56,138 nt of DNA from Archaeoglobus sp. JdFR-37 (GCA_002010215.1 MTMY01000032.1:62001-118138); one strand, 5' to 3'. Shown: positions 39,800 to 50,018, counted from the first letter of the stretch. Translations and numbers: made by a program. The notes: a model not told the origin generated them from the letters alone.

Positions 39800-40816
39800 A
39801 TGGCTGCGGTAAGAGGGAGTCCACCAGTATGGAAAAAGAAGACCATTGAGGAGCTCAGGAATATATTCACGTCTTATCCAGTTGTAGCTCTGGTGGGATT
39901 CAGAGGTGTTCCAGCTGGCCAGATGCAAGAAATAAGAAGAAATTTCAAGGAATTCGCCCTCATAAAAGTGACCAAGAACACTCTAATTGAGAAGACCCTC
40001 GATGGGCTTGGAGGAGAATTTGCAAAGCTTAAGGACTACATAGAGGATCAGACGGCGATAGTCGCTACAAACATGAATCCCTTTAAGCTATTCAAAAAGC
40101 TTGAAGAGACAAAGATTCCAGCTCCACTGAAACCAGGTCAGGTTTCACCTGTTGACGTTGTGGTTGAAAAGGGGCCCACTCCATTCCCGCCTGGCCCCGT
40201 TATTGGAGAACTTCAGATAGCTGGCCTTCCTGCAGCCATCGAAAAGGGGAAGGTCGTCATTAAAGAAACTGTTACAGCCGTCAAGGCTGGAGAGGTAGTA
40301 AAGCCGGAAGTGGCGAGAGCTCTTGCAATGCTTGGCATAAAGCCCCTGAAACTTGGGCTGGAGCTCAGAGCAGTCCTTGAGGATGGTATAATATTCACAC
40401 CAGACACGCTGGCAATAGATGAGGCCAAAATAATGGCAGACTTCGAAGAGGCTGCCAGAAAAGCTCTGAACCTCGCCGTAAACGCTGCCTACATGACTGA
40501 AGAGACTGCAGAGATTCTCCTGATGAAGGCATTCATGGATGCAAAGAACCTTGCAGTGAATGCTGTGATATTCGAGGAAAATGTGATAGAAGATATAATC
40601 GCCAAAGCATACACAGAAATGCTAAGCATTGCATCACTGCTGCCAAATGAAGCCCTTGATGAAGATGTCAAAGAGAGGCTCTCAGGAATTCAGGCTCAGG
40701 CTCCTCCTGTAACTGTTGAAGAAGAGGAGGAGAAAGAGGAAGAGAAGGAAGAGGAAGAAGAAGAGGAGAAGCGTGAGGAAGAAGCTATTGAAGGTTTAGG
40801 TGCATTATTTGGATGA
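39800..40816 (+). CDS. rpl10: 50S ribosomal protein uL10 (P0)
   Basis: KVTKNTL, GPTPFPPGP, acidic tail ending EGLGALFG. Confidence 0.97.
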   Translation: MAAVRGSPPVWKKKTIEELRNIFTSYPVVALVGFRGVPAGQMQEIRRNFKEFALIKVTKNTLIEKTLDGLGGEFAKLKDYIEDQTAIVATNMNPFKLFKKLEETKIPAPLKPGQVSPVDVVVEKGPTPFPPGPVIGELQIAGLPAAIEKGKVVIKETVTAVKAGEVVKPEVARALAMLGIKPLKLGLELRAVLEDGIIFTPDTLAIDEAKIMADFEEAARKALNLAVNAAYMTEETAEILLMKAFMDAKNLAVNAVIFEENVIEDIIAKAYTEMLSIASLLPNEALDEDVKERLSGIQAQAPPVTVEEEEEKEEEKEEEEEEEKREEEAIEGLGALFG

Positions 40817-40844
40817 CGTTAAAAGGTAAAAGGAGGTAATAGAT

Positions 40845-41168
40845 ATGGAATACGTGTACGCTGCACTGCTCCTGCACTCAGCAGGAAAGGAAATTTCAGA
40901 AGAGAATGTTAAAACTGTGCTGGAGGCTGCTGGAGTTGAGGTTAACGAGGCAAGAGTCAAGGCTCTTGTGGCTGCTCTTGAAGGTATTGATATCGAAGAA
41001 GCAATAAGCAAGGCTGCATTTGCTCCAGCAGTCGCCGCTGCACCAGCTGCTGCAGCTCCAGCAGCTCCGGCTGAGGCAGAGGCTAAAGAGGAAGAGAAGA
41101 AGGAAGAAGAGGAAGAAGAGAAGGCTGAAGAGGAGGCCATCGAAGGGCTTGGTGCCCTCTTCGGCTGA
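40845..41168 (+). CDS. rpl12: 50S ribosomal stalk protein P1 (L12)
   Basis: [11 protein letters not shown], Ala-rich hinge, EGLGALFG. Confidence 0.97.
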   Translation: MEYVYAALLLHSAGKEISEENVKTVLEAAGVEVNEARVKALVAALEGIDIEEAISKAAFAPAVAAAPAAAAPAAPAEAEAKEEEKKEEEEEEKAEEEAIEGLGALFG

Positions 41169-41211
41169 TTTTGATTTATTTTTAATTCTTACTTTTTCCT
41201 TACCTTCTTTT
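41169..41211 (+). terminator. Oligo-T-rich archaeal terminator region after rpl12
   Basis: Several T runs directly after the stop codon. Confidence 0.45.
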
Positions 41212-41286
41212 ATGGGGAGATTCGGAATTACTACTACAAAATGAAGGTAGATGACAGAATTTGACTAAAAAAAGAGAGAAACATGA

Positions 41287-41673
41287 ATGATACACATCAT
41301 CGTGGCGATTGCATTGATCGTACACGGCTTAGTGCACTTGCTGGGTAGAGAGCAGCGTAACCAATAGCGTTAGCATTTGCCACCACGGTTGTAAGGAGAA
41401 GATTGCGACTCCTGCAACCACGAAGCCAACGGCGGCAAGAAGCCAGAGCAACCCAACCATTCGAATGCCTGCATCACCCATATCCAAATTTCCAGAGAGC
41501 AATGTGGTCTTGTAGGCGAAGCCTTCCACCTCAGCTAATCTCCAAGGCACCACGAACTGGTGATTTGCATCTTGGGTTGGCCTGATTCCCAATTTGGTGT
41601 GCTGGTTAACTTAGCTATCCTAGCCTACCTGTTCTTCGGCGAACAGATTGGCTTAATGCCCCAGTTGCATTAA
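41287..41673 (+). pseudogene. 128-aa membrane protein gene interrupted by an internal inversion (41347-41556)
   Basis: Plus-strand ends MIHIIVAIALIVHGLVHLLG and LVICILGWPDSQFG...PQLH* are in frame; the 70 middle codons lie on the minus strand. Confidence 0.85.
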
Positions 41674-41800
41674 GCTGCTTTAAGTCAAAGAAAGGAGTGG
41701 TAAGGCAAAGTAGAAGGCAAATAGCGCTCACCAGCATCATACACAACTGAGAGAAGAAAAACCCACCAAATGTTATAACTAAAAAGAAAATAAACCAACC

Positions 41801-42412
41801 ATGAATACAGGTAAAAAACAGAAAATTGCCATCGTTGCCCCCATTATACTTGTTATTTTCATGTATCCTGTTTTTCAACTGGCCGCAATAACCTTTGGGG
41901 AGCAAACAGGCTGGCATCTTGGATTACTGATATACTGGGTGATCTGGGGTATAGCTTTTCCTCTCTGGGTCATTGGATGGAGGAGCATACAAAATCTAAT
42001 CCGACCTCAAAAGCTAGATAAAAAAGTGCTTTTGCTTGTAATTTTGCCTCTTCTAATAGCTTTAACAGGTAAATCCATACTGGGGGTAGGGTATGAGGGA
42101 GCGAGCATCTGGGCGTCGCTTTTATTGCTATCAACAACATTCGGTAATGGCTTTTTCGAAGAAGTTCTGTGGCGAGGTGTGTATCTGAAAATGTTTCCCG
42201 ATAACGTCTTTTATAGAATGATATGGCCCAGTTTTTTGTTTGCGATTTGGCACTACGCACCAGGATCAGTTTCACCTAATACTAATTTGATAGGTTTGAT
42301 GGTTGGAGCAGGGCTGTTTGGGTTATACTTGAGCTATTTAACAAAGAAAACAAATACAATATGGTGGTCAATAGTAGCTCATACTTCTGGTGGGATTATT
42401 ATGATTCTTTAG
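41801..42412 (+). CDS. CPBP (CAAX protease/Abi) family intramembrane metalloprotease
   Basis: FFEEVLWRG, FAIWH, SIVAH motifs; hydrophobic. Confidence 0.9.
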   Translation: MNTGKKQKIAIVAPIILVIFMYPVFQLAAITFGEQTGWHLGLLIYWVIWGIAFPLWVIGWRSIQNLIRPQKLDKKVLLLVILPLLIALTGKSILGVGYEGASIWASLLLLSTTFGNGFFEEVLWRGVYLKMFPDNVFYRMIWPSFLFAIWHYAPGSVSPNTNLIGLMVGAGLFGLYLSYLTKKTNTIWWSIVAHTSGGIIMIL

Positions 42413-42633
42413 TCATTAATACGTGATTTTCTTGACTTGTACTCGTTAATCGTCATGCCTCGCTCATCTTCAATTTATGGGTTCTTGTGTGGGTGGAACG
42501 TGGGCGGATCGCACAATAGGATTGCACAATATTTTTAGTAAGAGAGGTTCGATATCACTCAGATCACCTCTCGCTGCGTGAAAGTTCCCACACCCGCAGA
42601 AAATTATCCTAAATCATTTAAGGAGGGAACAAC

Positions 42634-43173
42634 ATGAAAGGCCCAATCATAATCGTAGATTACAATCCTCAATGGCCAATCTTGTATGAAGAAGAGAAGA
42701 TTATGATTCTCAGCGTAATTGGTGATAAAGTGGTGGCGATCGAGCACATCGGAAGTACAGCCGTCCCCGGTTTGGGAGCGAAGCCAATTATTGATATCAT
42801 GGTTGCTGTCCGTCATCTTTCCGATGCCGACGAATGTATCGAACCACTCCAAAGCATCGGCTATGAATATGTTCCCGAATACGAAGTTTCAATCCCGGAG
42901 AGACGCTTTTTCCGCAAGAATCCTGTAAAAGTACCTCCGAAAGCACACATTCATTTACACATTGTTGAGCGGACGAGTGATTTCTGGGAGCGGCACATTC
43001 TGTTTCGGGATTTCTTACGCACCCATCCTGAGATAGCTCAGCAATATTGCCAATTGAAAAAGGAATTAGCCGCCAAGTTTGGTTCGGATCGTGACGCTTA
43101 CACCGCTGCTAAGACATCGTTTATCGAATCTGTAGTCGAAATGGCCCGTGCCAAGAAAGCAATCCGTCCTTAA
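42634..43173 (+). CDS. GrpB family protein (nucleotidyltransferase fold, UPF0157)
   Basis: IEHIGSTAVPGLGAKPIIDI, HIHLH, FRDFLRTHP, YTAAK; SD AAGGAGG. Confidence 0.93.
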   Translation: MKGPIIIVDYNPQWPILYEEEKIMILSVIGDKVVAIEHIGSTAVPGLGAKPIIDIMVAVRHLSDADECIEPLQSIGYEYVPEYEVSIPERRFFRKNPVKVPPKAHIHLHIVERTSDFWERHILFRDFLRTHPEIAQQYCQLKKELAAKFGSDRDAYTAAKTSFIESVVEMARAKKAIRP

Positions 43174-43257
43174 AGACCTGCTAACGGCTCTTTTATTCGT
43201 GAAACGTTATGTCAATCCGCCCGCTATTACGAAGTAATTATATACTGGATTTGAAGG

Positions 43258-44139
43258 GTGGACAAAATGGTAAAAATTGTACTGATTATTTTGGGGGTAG
43301 TCGTCATTTTAGCAGCACTTTCTATCACCATCGGCAACATCACATTTAACAGAGAGGTAAAAAACGAAGTAGAGGAACTTTTTAAAAAGAGTAAAAAGAT
43401 TGAAGAGAGCGGAGAAACAGGAGCAGCGCCAGAAGTAATTACTGAAGCAGATATAGGAGGCTTACCAGAACCCGTTCAGAGGTATTTGAAATACACCCAG
43501 ATCATAGGCAAGGAAAAGATTAAAACTGTCAGGTTAAAACAGGGTGGATATTTTCGGATGAAAGAAGATCAGAAATGGATGCTAATAGAAGCGGAGCAAT
43601 ACTTCAATGTGGATTCTGCTGAGTTCATCTGGGCAGCAAAGGTAAAATTTGCCCCATTTCTGTCAATCTACGCAAAAGACGAATTTATTGACGGGAAAGG
43701 GAGTCTAGTAGTAAAACTGCTTGGATTCATCAAAGTTGTTGACGCGAAGGGTTACGAAGTCGATCATGGAGAGATTATGAGGTTTCTGGCTGAGTGCATA
43801 TGGTTCCCTTCGGCATTTCTAAATGACTACATCAAATGGGAGGCTATTGATGATGAGTCAGCTAAAGCAACCATAAGTTATCAGGGGGTTTCAGCTTCAG
43901 CTACCTTCCATTTTAACGAAAAAGGAGAAGTGATGAGCATTACTGCGAAACGATACAGAGAAGTAGATGGCGAGTTCATTCTTGAGGATTGGGAGGGGCA
44001 GATTTTAGAGTACAAAATGTTTAATGGCGTTATTGTCCCGAGCAAGGTCAATATTATCTGGAAACTGGATACTGGGGATTTTTGTTATGATAAAATTGAG
44101 GTGGTTGATATAGAGTATAATAATCCCTCAGCGTATTAA
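43258..44139 (+). CDS. DUF6544/DUF6920-like membrane-anchored protein; start may be ATG 43267
   Basis: ITEADIGGLPEPVQRYL, AEQYF, FIW, RFLAECIWFPSA motifs. Confidence 0.75.
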   Translation: MDKMVKIVLIILGVVVILAALSITIGNITFNREVKNEVEELFKKSKKIEESGETGAAPEVITEADIGGLPEPVQRYLKYTQIIGKEKIKTVRLKQGGYFRMKEDQKWMLIEAEQYFNVDSAEFIWAAKVKFAPFLSIYAKDEFIDGKGSLVVKLLGFIKVVDAKGYEVDHGEIMRFLAECIWFPSAFLNDYIKWEAIDDESAKATISYQGVSASATFHFNEKGEVMSITAKRYREVDGEFILEDWEGQILEYKMFNGVIVPSKVNIIWKLDTGDFCYDKIEVVDIEYNNPSAY

Positions 44140-44222
44140 AATTGAAAAGGCAATCAAGAACATAAGTATAAGAATGTGAAGTGAAAGTTATTGGATTCAA
44201 AATTAAATTCAAACAATAATAG

Positions 44223-44293
44223 AGCCAGGGCCCGGATTTGAACCGGGGTCAGGGGATCTGCAGTCCCCCGCATAGCCCCTCTGCCACCCTGGC
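44223..44293 (-). tRNA. tRNA-Cys: tRNA-Cys(GCA), no intron, CCA not encoded
   Basis: GCCAGGG/CCCTGGC acceptor stem, anticodon arm GGGGA-CTGCAGA-TCCCC, T-arm CCCGG-TTCAAAT-CCGGG, U73 discriminator; TTAAATAA box about 25 nt upstream. Confidence 0.96.
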
Positions 44294-44507
44294 AGCAATT
44301 ACCTCTTCTTAAATTTTGTTATTTAAGGGTTGTGGTATACTAGACTTTTTAAAAGTCTTGATTGAGTGTTCTGGGGGGCGGTAGGGAAGGTGGGTAAATC
44401 AAAACATAATCGGAAATAGTAACTTTGTATTAGTATGGTTGGAAAATTTAAAACCCATTGGCCGTACAACAGAAAGCAATATATTTTGATGGGCTATCCC
44501 ACCTTCA

Positions 44508-45233
44508 ATGATTGCTTATGGAAGGTTCGTGGCAAGAGGTGAAATATACGAGGGCTTTTTTGAGGTTAAAGAAGGGCAAATTCTTATAGATGGCATGACT
44601 TTTTCAACTTCCAATGTCAAGTTTCTTCCTCCTGTAGAGCCCACCAAGATCGTATGCGTGGGCCTGAATTACAGAGATCATGCTGAAGAATTTGGAATGG
44701 AGCTACCAGATGAGCCTGTCTTATTCCTGAAACCTCCATCCGCTGTTATAGGTGACGGTGAAGCCATAGAGCTGCCGGATTGCGGAAGGGTGGATTATGA
44801 AGGTGAGCTTGCCGTTGTAATCGCCAAGAAATGCAGAAGCGTTTCTCGAAGCGAGGCTCTCAGCTACGTTCTGGGCTTCACCTGCTTCAACGATGTGACT
44901 GCGAGAGACCTCCAGCGTAAGGATAGGCAGTGGACCAGAAGTAAATCCTTTGACACCTTCGCGCCTATTGGTCCCTATGTTGCATGTATAGATGATGCCT
45001 CAAACCTGAAAATTGAAACCAGAGTTAATGGAGCTATAAAGCAATCTTCAAATACATCTAACCTCATATTCGATGTTCCACGCCTCATTGAATTCATATC
45101 CGGAATCATGACTCTTAGAGAAGGAGATGTCATAGCAACAGGCACACCTTCAGGCGTCGGCCCCCTCAGCAAAGGAGATGTGGTTGAGGTGGAAATTGAA
45201 GGCATTGGTGTTTTGAGAAACAGAGTTGTCTGA
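44508..45233 (+). CDS. Fumarylacetoacetate hydrolase family protein
   Basis: KIVCVGLNY, FLKPPS, DYEGEL, NDVTARD, KSFDTF, TGTPSGVG. Confidence 0.93.
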   Translation: MIAYGRFVARGEIYEGFFEVKEGQILIDGMTFSTSNVKFLPPVEPTKIVCVGLNYRDHAEEFGMELPDEPVLFLKPPSAVIGDGEAIELPDCGRVDYEGELAVVIAKKCRSVSRSEALSYVLGFTCFNDVTARDLQRKDRQWTRSKSFDTFAPIGPYVACIDDASNLKIETRVNGAIKQSSNTSNLIFDVPRLIEFISGIMTLREGDVIATGTPSGVGPLSKGDVVEVEIEGIGVLRNRVV

Positions 45234-45248
45234 ACAGAGGTGATGACC

Positions 45249-47828
45249 ATGATCGAAAAGGAATATAGGGCAACAGAAATCGAGGAAAAGTGGGTTGGAA
45301 AGTGGAGAGATGAGATGTACTATTTTGACTGGGATTCAAAGAAGCCTCATTTCATAATCGATACTCCTCCTCCCTATCCCACGGGATCATTCCACATCGG
45401 CAACACCCTGAACTGGTGCTATATTGATTTCATCGCCAGATACAAGCGAATGAAGGGCTATGAAGTCATGTTCCCCCAGGGTTGGGACTGCCACGGCCTT
45501 CCGACGGAAGTGAAGGTTGAGGAGATTCACGGCATAAAGAAGAGCGATGTCAGCAGGGAGGAATTCAGAAAGCTCTGCGTAGCCTTCACTGAAGAGAACA
45601 TAGAGAAGATGCGTTCCGTCATGAAGAGAATGGCCTTCAGCATAGACTGGAGCAAGGAATACATCACCATGTATCCCGAATACTTCCGCAAAACCCAGAT
45701 CAGCTTTGTCAGAATGTACAGAAAGGGTTTGATCTACCGTGATTACCACCCTGTCATCCATTGCCCACGCTGTGAAACCACTATAGCTCTGGCCGAGATA
45801 GAGTACAAGACCGGAAAAACCAAGCTGAACTATATCGAGTTCGATGAAGGTGTCATAATCGCCACCACTCGCCCTGAGCTGATTCCGGCATGCGTTGCCA
45901 TCGCCGTACATCCGGAGGACGAGAGGTATAAAGACTCCATCGGCAGGATTGTGAGAGTTCCCGGAACGAATCACGAGGTAAGAATAATTCCTGACGAAGA
46001 GGTTGATCCGGAATACGGCACGGGAATGGTGATGATCTGTACCTTTGGCGACAGGCAGGATGTGAAGTGGTGGAAGAAGCACGATCTTGAACTCAGAGAT
46101 ACTCTGACAAGGGACGGCAAATTGAACGAAAGAGCTGGGAAATACGCAGGGCTCACCATCCCAGAAGCCAGAGAGAAGATTCTGGAAGACCTGAAAGCAG
46201 AAGGAAAGCTCATCAAGCAGGAAGATGTGCAGCACAATGTTGGCCTTTGCTGGAGATGCAAAACGCCTGTTGAGATCGTTCCAGAAGAGCAGTGGTTCGT
46301 GAAAATAGAGAAGGACAGGATAATGGAGGCTGCAAGAAAAATAAAGTGGATTCCAGAGCACATGCTTTCCCGCCTTGAAGGCTGGGTCGAGAGCATGGAA
46401 TGGGACTGGGTCATAAGCAGGCAGCGCGTTTTCGCAACTCCAATCCCTGTCTGGTACTGTAACGACTGCGGAGAGGTTGTTGTGGCAAAGGAGGAGTGGC
46501 TCCCTGTTGATCCCACCAAAGATGAGCCACCAGAACCCTGTCCTAAATGCGGCAGTAGGAACTTCAGGGGAGAGGATGACGTGCTGGACACCTGGATGGA
46601 CTCCAGCATAACCTCTCTCGCCGTAGTGGGCTGGCCTGACGGGCTAAAGGAGTATCCCACAAATCTCCGCCCCCAGGGCCACGATATCATACGCACATGG
46701 GCCTTTTACACCATTCTTAGGAGCATTGCTTTAGTTGACGAGATACCATGGCATGAGATCGTGATAAACGGGATGGTTCTGGGAGAAGATGGCAGAAAGA
46801 TGAGCAAGAGCCTCGGAAACATAATCTCACCCGACGAGGTTATTGAGAAGTACGGCGCAGATGCTTTGAGGCAGTGGGCAGCTATTGGAGGTGTCGTTGG
46901 AAGCGATGTGATGTTCACTTGGAAGGAAATAGTTGCGGCAAGCAGGTTCCAGCAGAAGTTCTGGAGCATTTTAAGGTTCACCATGCCCCATGTTGAGGGA
47001 TACGAGCCTTCAGATAATGACATTGAGTACCTCAGAGATGTCGACAGATGGATTCTTTCAAAGCTAAACAGGCTGATTAAAGACGTAAACGAATACATGG
47101 ACGAATATCGATTCAGCGAGGCCCTGAAAGCAATCAGGGGCTTTGCTTGGTACGAGTATGCTGACAACTATCTGGAGATTGTCAAAAACAGGCTTTACTC
47201 TGGTGGAGAAGATGAGAAGAGGGGAGCAAAGTACGTCCTCTACAAGACCATGGATGCTCTGATAAAGATGCTGGCACCCTTCACACCTTTCCTAGCTGAA
47301 GAGTGCTGGAATATGTTCAGAGGAGAAGGGAGCGTTCACCTGCAGAGCTATCCTGAGGCTGATGAGAGGTTCATAGACGATGAATGGGAGAGGAAAGGTG
47401 AACTCATCAAGGAGATAGTTGCTGCAATAAGAAGGCTGAAGCATGATAGAGGACTGGCCTTAAACGCTCCCATGAAGAAAGTAATGGTTTATTCCTCACC
47501 CATCGACGTTAGAGATATTGCCGGAGCTGTAAATGCTCCTGTTGAACTACTTGACTCCATGCCAAAGATAGAGACTAGAGTTAAGGCTCTGAAGCCAAAG
47601 TTCGGAGTGCTGGGACCGCTATTCAGAGATAAAACAAAGGAGATTGTGAAAATGGCTCAGGAGCTCAGTGATGAGGAGAAGCTCAGGTTAGTGAGTGAGG
47701 GCAGCATAACGGTGGATGGCTTCGAGCTAAAAGCAGAATGGTTCGATGTTCAAATGGAAAAGGTTATAGGTGAGAAGGGAGTAGAGATTCTCGAAGTTGG
47801 CAATGCAGTTGTCATAGTGGAAATCTGA
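45249..47828 (+). CDS. valS: Valine--tRNA ligase
   Basis: [30 protein letters not shown]. Confidence 0.97.
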   Translation: MIEKEYRATEIEEKWVGKWRDEMYYFDWDSKKPHFIIDTPPPYPTGSFHIGNTLNWCYIDFIARYKRMKGYEVMFPQGWDCHGLPTEVKVEEIHGIKKSDVSREEFRKLCVAFTEENIEKMRSVMKRMAFSIDWSKEYITMYPEYFRKTQISFVRMYRKGLIYRDYHPVIHCPRCETTIALAEIEYKTGKTKLNYIEFDEGVIIATTRPELIPACVAIAVHPEDERYKDSIGRIVRVPGTNHEVRIIPDEEVDPEYGTGMVMICTFGDRQDVKWWKKHDLELRDTLTRDGKLNERAGKYAGLTIPEAREKILEDLKAEGKLIKQEDVQHNVGLCWRCKTPVEIVPEEQWFVKIEKDRIMEAARKIKWIPEHMLSRLEGWVESMEWDWVISRQRVFATPIPVWYCNDCGEVVVAKEEWLPVDPTKDEPPEPCPKCGSRNFRGEDDVLDTWMDSSITSLAVVGWPDGLKEYPTNLRPQGHDIIRTWAFYTILRSIALVDEIPWHEIVINGMVLGEDGRKMSKSLGNIISPDEVIEKYGADALRQWAAIGGVVGSDVMFTWKEIVAASRFQQKFWSILRFTMPHVEGYEPSDNDIEYLRDVDRWILSKLNRLIKDVNEYMDEYRFSEALKAIRGFAWYEYADNYLEIVKNRLYSGGEDEKRGAKYVLYKTMDALIKMLAPFTPFLAEECWNMFRGEGSVHLQSYPEADERFIDDEWERKGELIKEIVAAIRRLKHDRGLALNAPMKKVMVYSSPIDVRDIAGAVNAPVELLDSMPKIETRVKALKPKFGVLGPLFRDKTKEIVKMAQELSDEEKLRLVSEGSITVDGFELKAEWFDVQMEKVIGEKGVEILEVGNAVVIVEI

Positions 47829-47838
47829 GGGATCAAAA

Positions 47839-48219
47839 ATGGATGAAGCCCTTAAAGAATTATTTGAGGAAATGGAGCCGACCTTTCAGCACATACTGAA
47901 GTGCGTCCTCCGCCTCACCCCATCCGAAATAGAAGTTTACTTAGCCTTGCACATGCACCCCAACATAGGCGTTGACGAGCTGGCAGAGCATATAGGAAAG
48001 GATAGAAGCGGAGTTTACAGGAGTCTCCAGACCCTCATGGAGAAGGGTCTTGTAAAGAGAGAATATCGGATTTTGAAGCACGGCGGCTACAAGTATCTCT
48101 ACGTTCCGGTACCCTTGGAAGAGCTGAAAGCCAAACTGAAAAAGGAGCTAGAAGAATGGTTTGAGAAGCTCAATGAGGTAGTTGAATCCTTCGAGCTCAA
48201 AATAGAAGAGAAGACCTGA
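47839..48219 (+). CDS. TrmB-like winged-helix transcriptional regulator
   Basis: LTPSEIEVY...DRSGVYRSLQTLMEKGLV...GGYKYLY. Confidence 0.85.
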   Translation: MDEALKELFEEMEPTFQHILKCVLRLTPSEIEVYLALHMHPNIGVDELAEHIGKDRSGVYRSLQTLMEKGLVKREYRILKHGGYKYLYVPVPLEELKAKLKKELEEWFEKLNEVVESFELKIEEKT

Positions 48220-48246
48220 AGATCGATTTGCTTTATCACTTTCTGA

Positions 48247-49068
48247 CTAAACCTCAGCATATGTCCTTTTGAGCAGTAATGCATCCTCTTCCAAATTGGG
48301 GCTCTCACATATAAGCATTCCTTCCACACCAAACTCTTTTAGAACTTTCAGAAGCTCCACATACTTCAAATCTGATTCTTCCAGATTCAGGTGGTTTTTC
48401 TCCCCTTTCAGACCATATTCTATCCCGCTGACGTGAATATGCATATACTTAATAGCTTCTCTGCCAAGCCTCTCCTCAACATGGCTCAAAATCTCCCAGA
48501 ACTCATCATAGCTGTTGTATCTCCGGTATCTGGCATGGATGTGGCTGAAATCGATGCAAGGCATTACATTTTCAAGCTCTTCTGAAAGCCTCAGCAACTC
48601 ATCCAGCTCACCGAACTGAGTCGGTTTGCCTGTGGTTTCGGGCCTGAGAATGACGTCAACACCATTCTGGCTTATTTTATTAAGGGCCACCTCCACACCC
48701 TTCTTGATATTCTGATACGCCCTCTCCTTTGAGCTTCTCAGATAGTAACCGGGATGGAAAACTATGTTTCTGGCCCCGAATATGCTGCCCACAAGAGCTG
48801 AATCAACTAACCTCTTTACGCTCTGCTGAAACTTCTCTTGGTTCTCTGCATTCAGGTTGATATAATAAGGCGCATGGACGCTTAAAGCTACGTTGAACTC
48901 CTCCGCAACCTCCCTTACCTCTTCAGCCTTTTTTCTTCCCATCTTGACGCCCCTTACAAACTGAACCTCCATGGCATCTAGGCCGAGTTCTGCAACTGTT
49001 TTAACTCCTCCCGCAGTACTGCGATCTTTCGATGCATGGGGAACACCGGCTGGCCCGAATAGAAGCAT
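48247..49068 (-). CDS. nfo: Endonuclease IV family protein
   Basis: FGPAG, SVHAPYYINL, FHPG, PETTGKPTQFG, CIDFSHIHAR, HIHVSG, CESP. Confidence 0.88.
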   Translation of the reverse strand: MLLFGPAGVPHASKDRSTAGGVKTVAELGLDAMEVQFVRGVKMGRKKAEEVREVAEEFNVALSVHAPYYINLNAENQEKFQQSVKRLVDSALVGSIFGARNIVFHPGYYLRSSKERAYQNIKKGVEVALNKISQNGVDVILRPETTGKPTQFGELDELLRLSEELENVMPCIDFSHIHARYRRYNSYDEFWEILSHVEERLGREAIKYMHIHVSGIEYGLKGEKNHLNLEESDLKYVELLKVLKEFGVEGMLICESPNLEEDALLLKRTYAEV

Positions 49069-49195
49069 GATGATTTGTGCTGAGTTATCATTAAAAGCTG
49101 TATCGATATTCGGGATGTAACTGCAGGTTGAAGGGATTAACCCAGAATGTTACAGCTGGCACCAAATTTATCTTTGAAAAGATAAACTATCTATT

Positions 49196-49963
49196 ATGAG
49201 AGCTACTTGGAAGGGCAGCATTACCTTTGGCCTAGTATCCATACCCATCAAGCTGTACAATGCAAGGATCACAAGGGAGATCAGCTTCCACATGCTTCAC
49301 GCCTCAGATGGGGGGCGAATAAGGCTGAGGAGAGTATGCGAGAAGTGTGGAAAGGAAGTGGGCAGAGATGAAATTGTGAAGGGTTATGAAATCTCAAAGA
49401 ATGAGTACGTAATACTTACAGAAGAAGACTTCGAGAAGATTCCTCTGAAAAGCGCCAAGGCCATCGGCATCCACCAGTTTTTCGACCCTTCTGAGCTGAA
49501 CATAATTTATTACGGGAGTTTCTACTACGTGGCCCCAGACAAGGGCGGAGAAAAGGCCTACTCTTTGCTGACTAAAGCCATGGAAGAGACCAATAGCGTG
49601 GGGATGGGAAAGATAGGTATGCGAGGGAAGGAATATCTGGTAGCAATTCGGCCTTTCAACGGTGGCATGGCTCTGGCACAGCTTTACTATGTGGATGAGG
49701 TGAGGAGCCCTGCAGAAATTCCGGGGTGGGGTGCAAAAGCAGAATTTACTGAGCAGGAGCTTGAACTGGCAAAGCAACTTGTCCTAGCCATGAAAAGGCC
49801 CTTGAGGCTTGAGGATTACAGAGATGAGTACAAAGAGGCACTGATGCAGCTAATCGAAGCTAAACTTGCCGGGAGAGAAGTTAAGGTTGTTGAAGAGGTT
49901 GAAGCTGCAAAATCGTTGCTTGATGCACTTAAGGCAAGTCTTGAATCCGTGAAGCAGGAGTGA
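49196..49963 (+). CDS. ku: Prokaryotic Ku protein (NHEJ)
   Basis: MRATWKGSITFGLVSIPIKLY, IVKGYE, YRDEYKEALMQLIEAK, LLDALKASL. Confidence 0.96.
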   Translation: MRATWKGSITFGLVSIPIKLYNARITREISFHMLHASDGGRIRLRRVCEKCGKEVGRDEIVKGYEISKNEYVILTEEDFEKIPLKSAKAIGIHQFFDPSELNIIYYGSFYYVAPDKGGEKAYSLLTKAMEETNSVGMGKIGMRGKEYLVAIRPFNGGMALAQLYYVDEVRSPAEIPGWGAKAEFTEQELELAKQLVLAMKRPLRLEDYRDEYKEALMQLIEAKLAGREVKVVEEVEAAKSLLDALKASLESVKQE

Positions 49964-50018
49964 AAGAGTAGGGAAGAGTAAAGAAGTAAATAGGTAAAAG
50001 GAAAGGGGAAAAGTAAAA

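Noticed and set aside
40720..41168. Repeated GAA/GAG tracts and duplicated [13 protein letters not shown] ends
   Set aside because: Normal shared acidic C-termini of uL10 and P1.
41169..41290. attL/attR duplicate of the tRNA-Cys 3' end at the island's left edge
   Set aside because: No copy of the tRNA 3' sequence found by eye and no integrase in the window.
41329..41592. Tracked minus-strand 87-aa ORF as an independent gene
   Set aside because: Its meaningful 70 codons are the inverted middle of the plus-strand gene 41287-41673; both ends are antisense junk.
45387..47167. Long antisense ORFs over valS (and likewise over alaS, thermosome and thiolase)
   Set aside because: Shadow ORFs opposite well-conserved genes, with no motifs.
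49964..50018. Purine-rich spacer with AAGAGTA repeats between ku and the ligase
   Set aside because: Low-complexity sequence; no regular repeat-spacer period, so not a CRISPR or iteron array.
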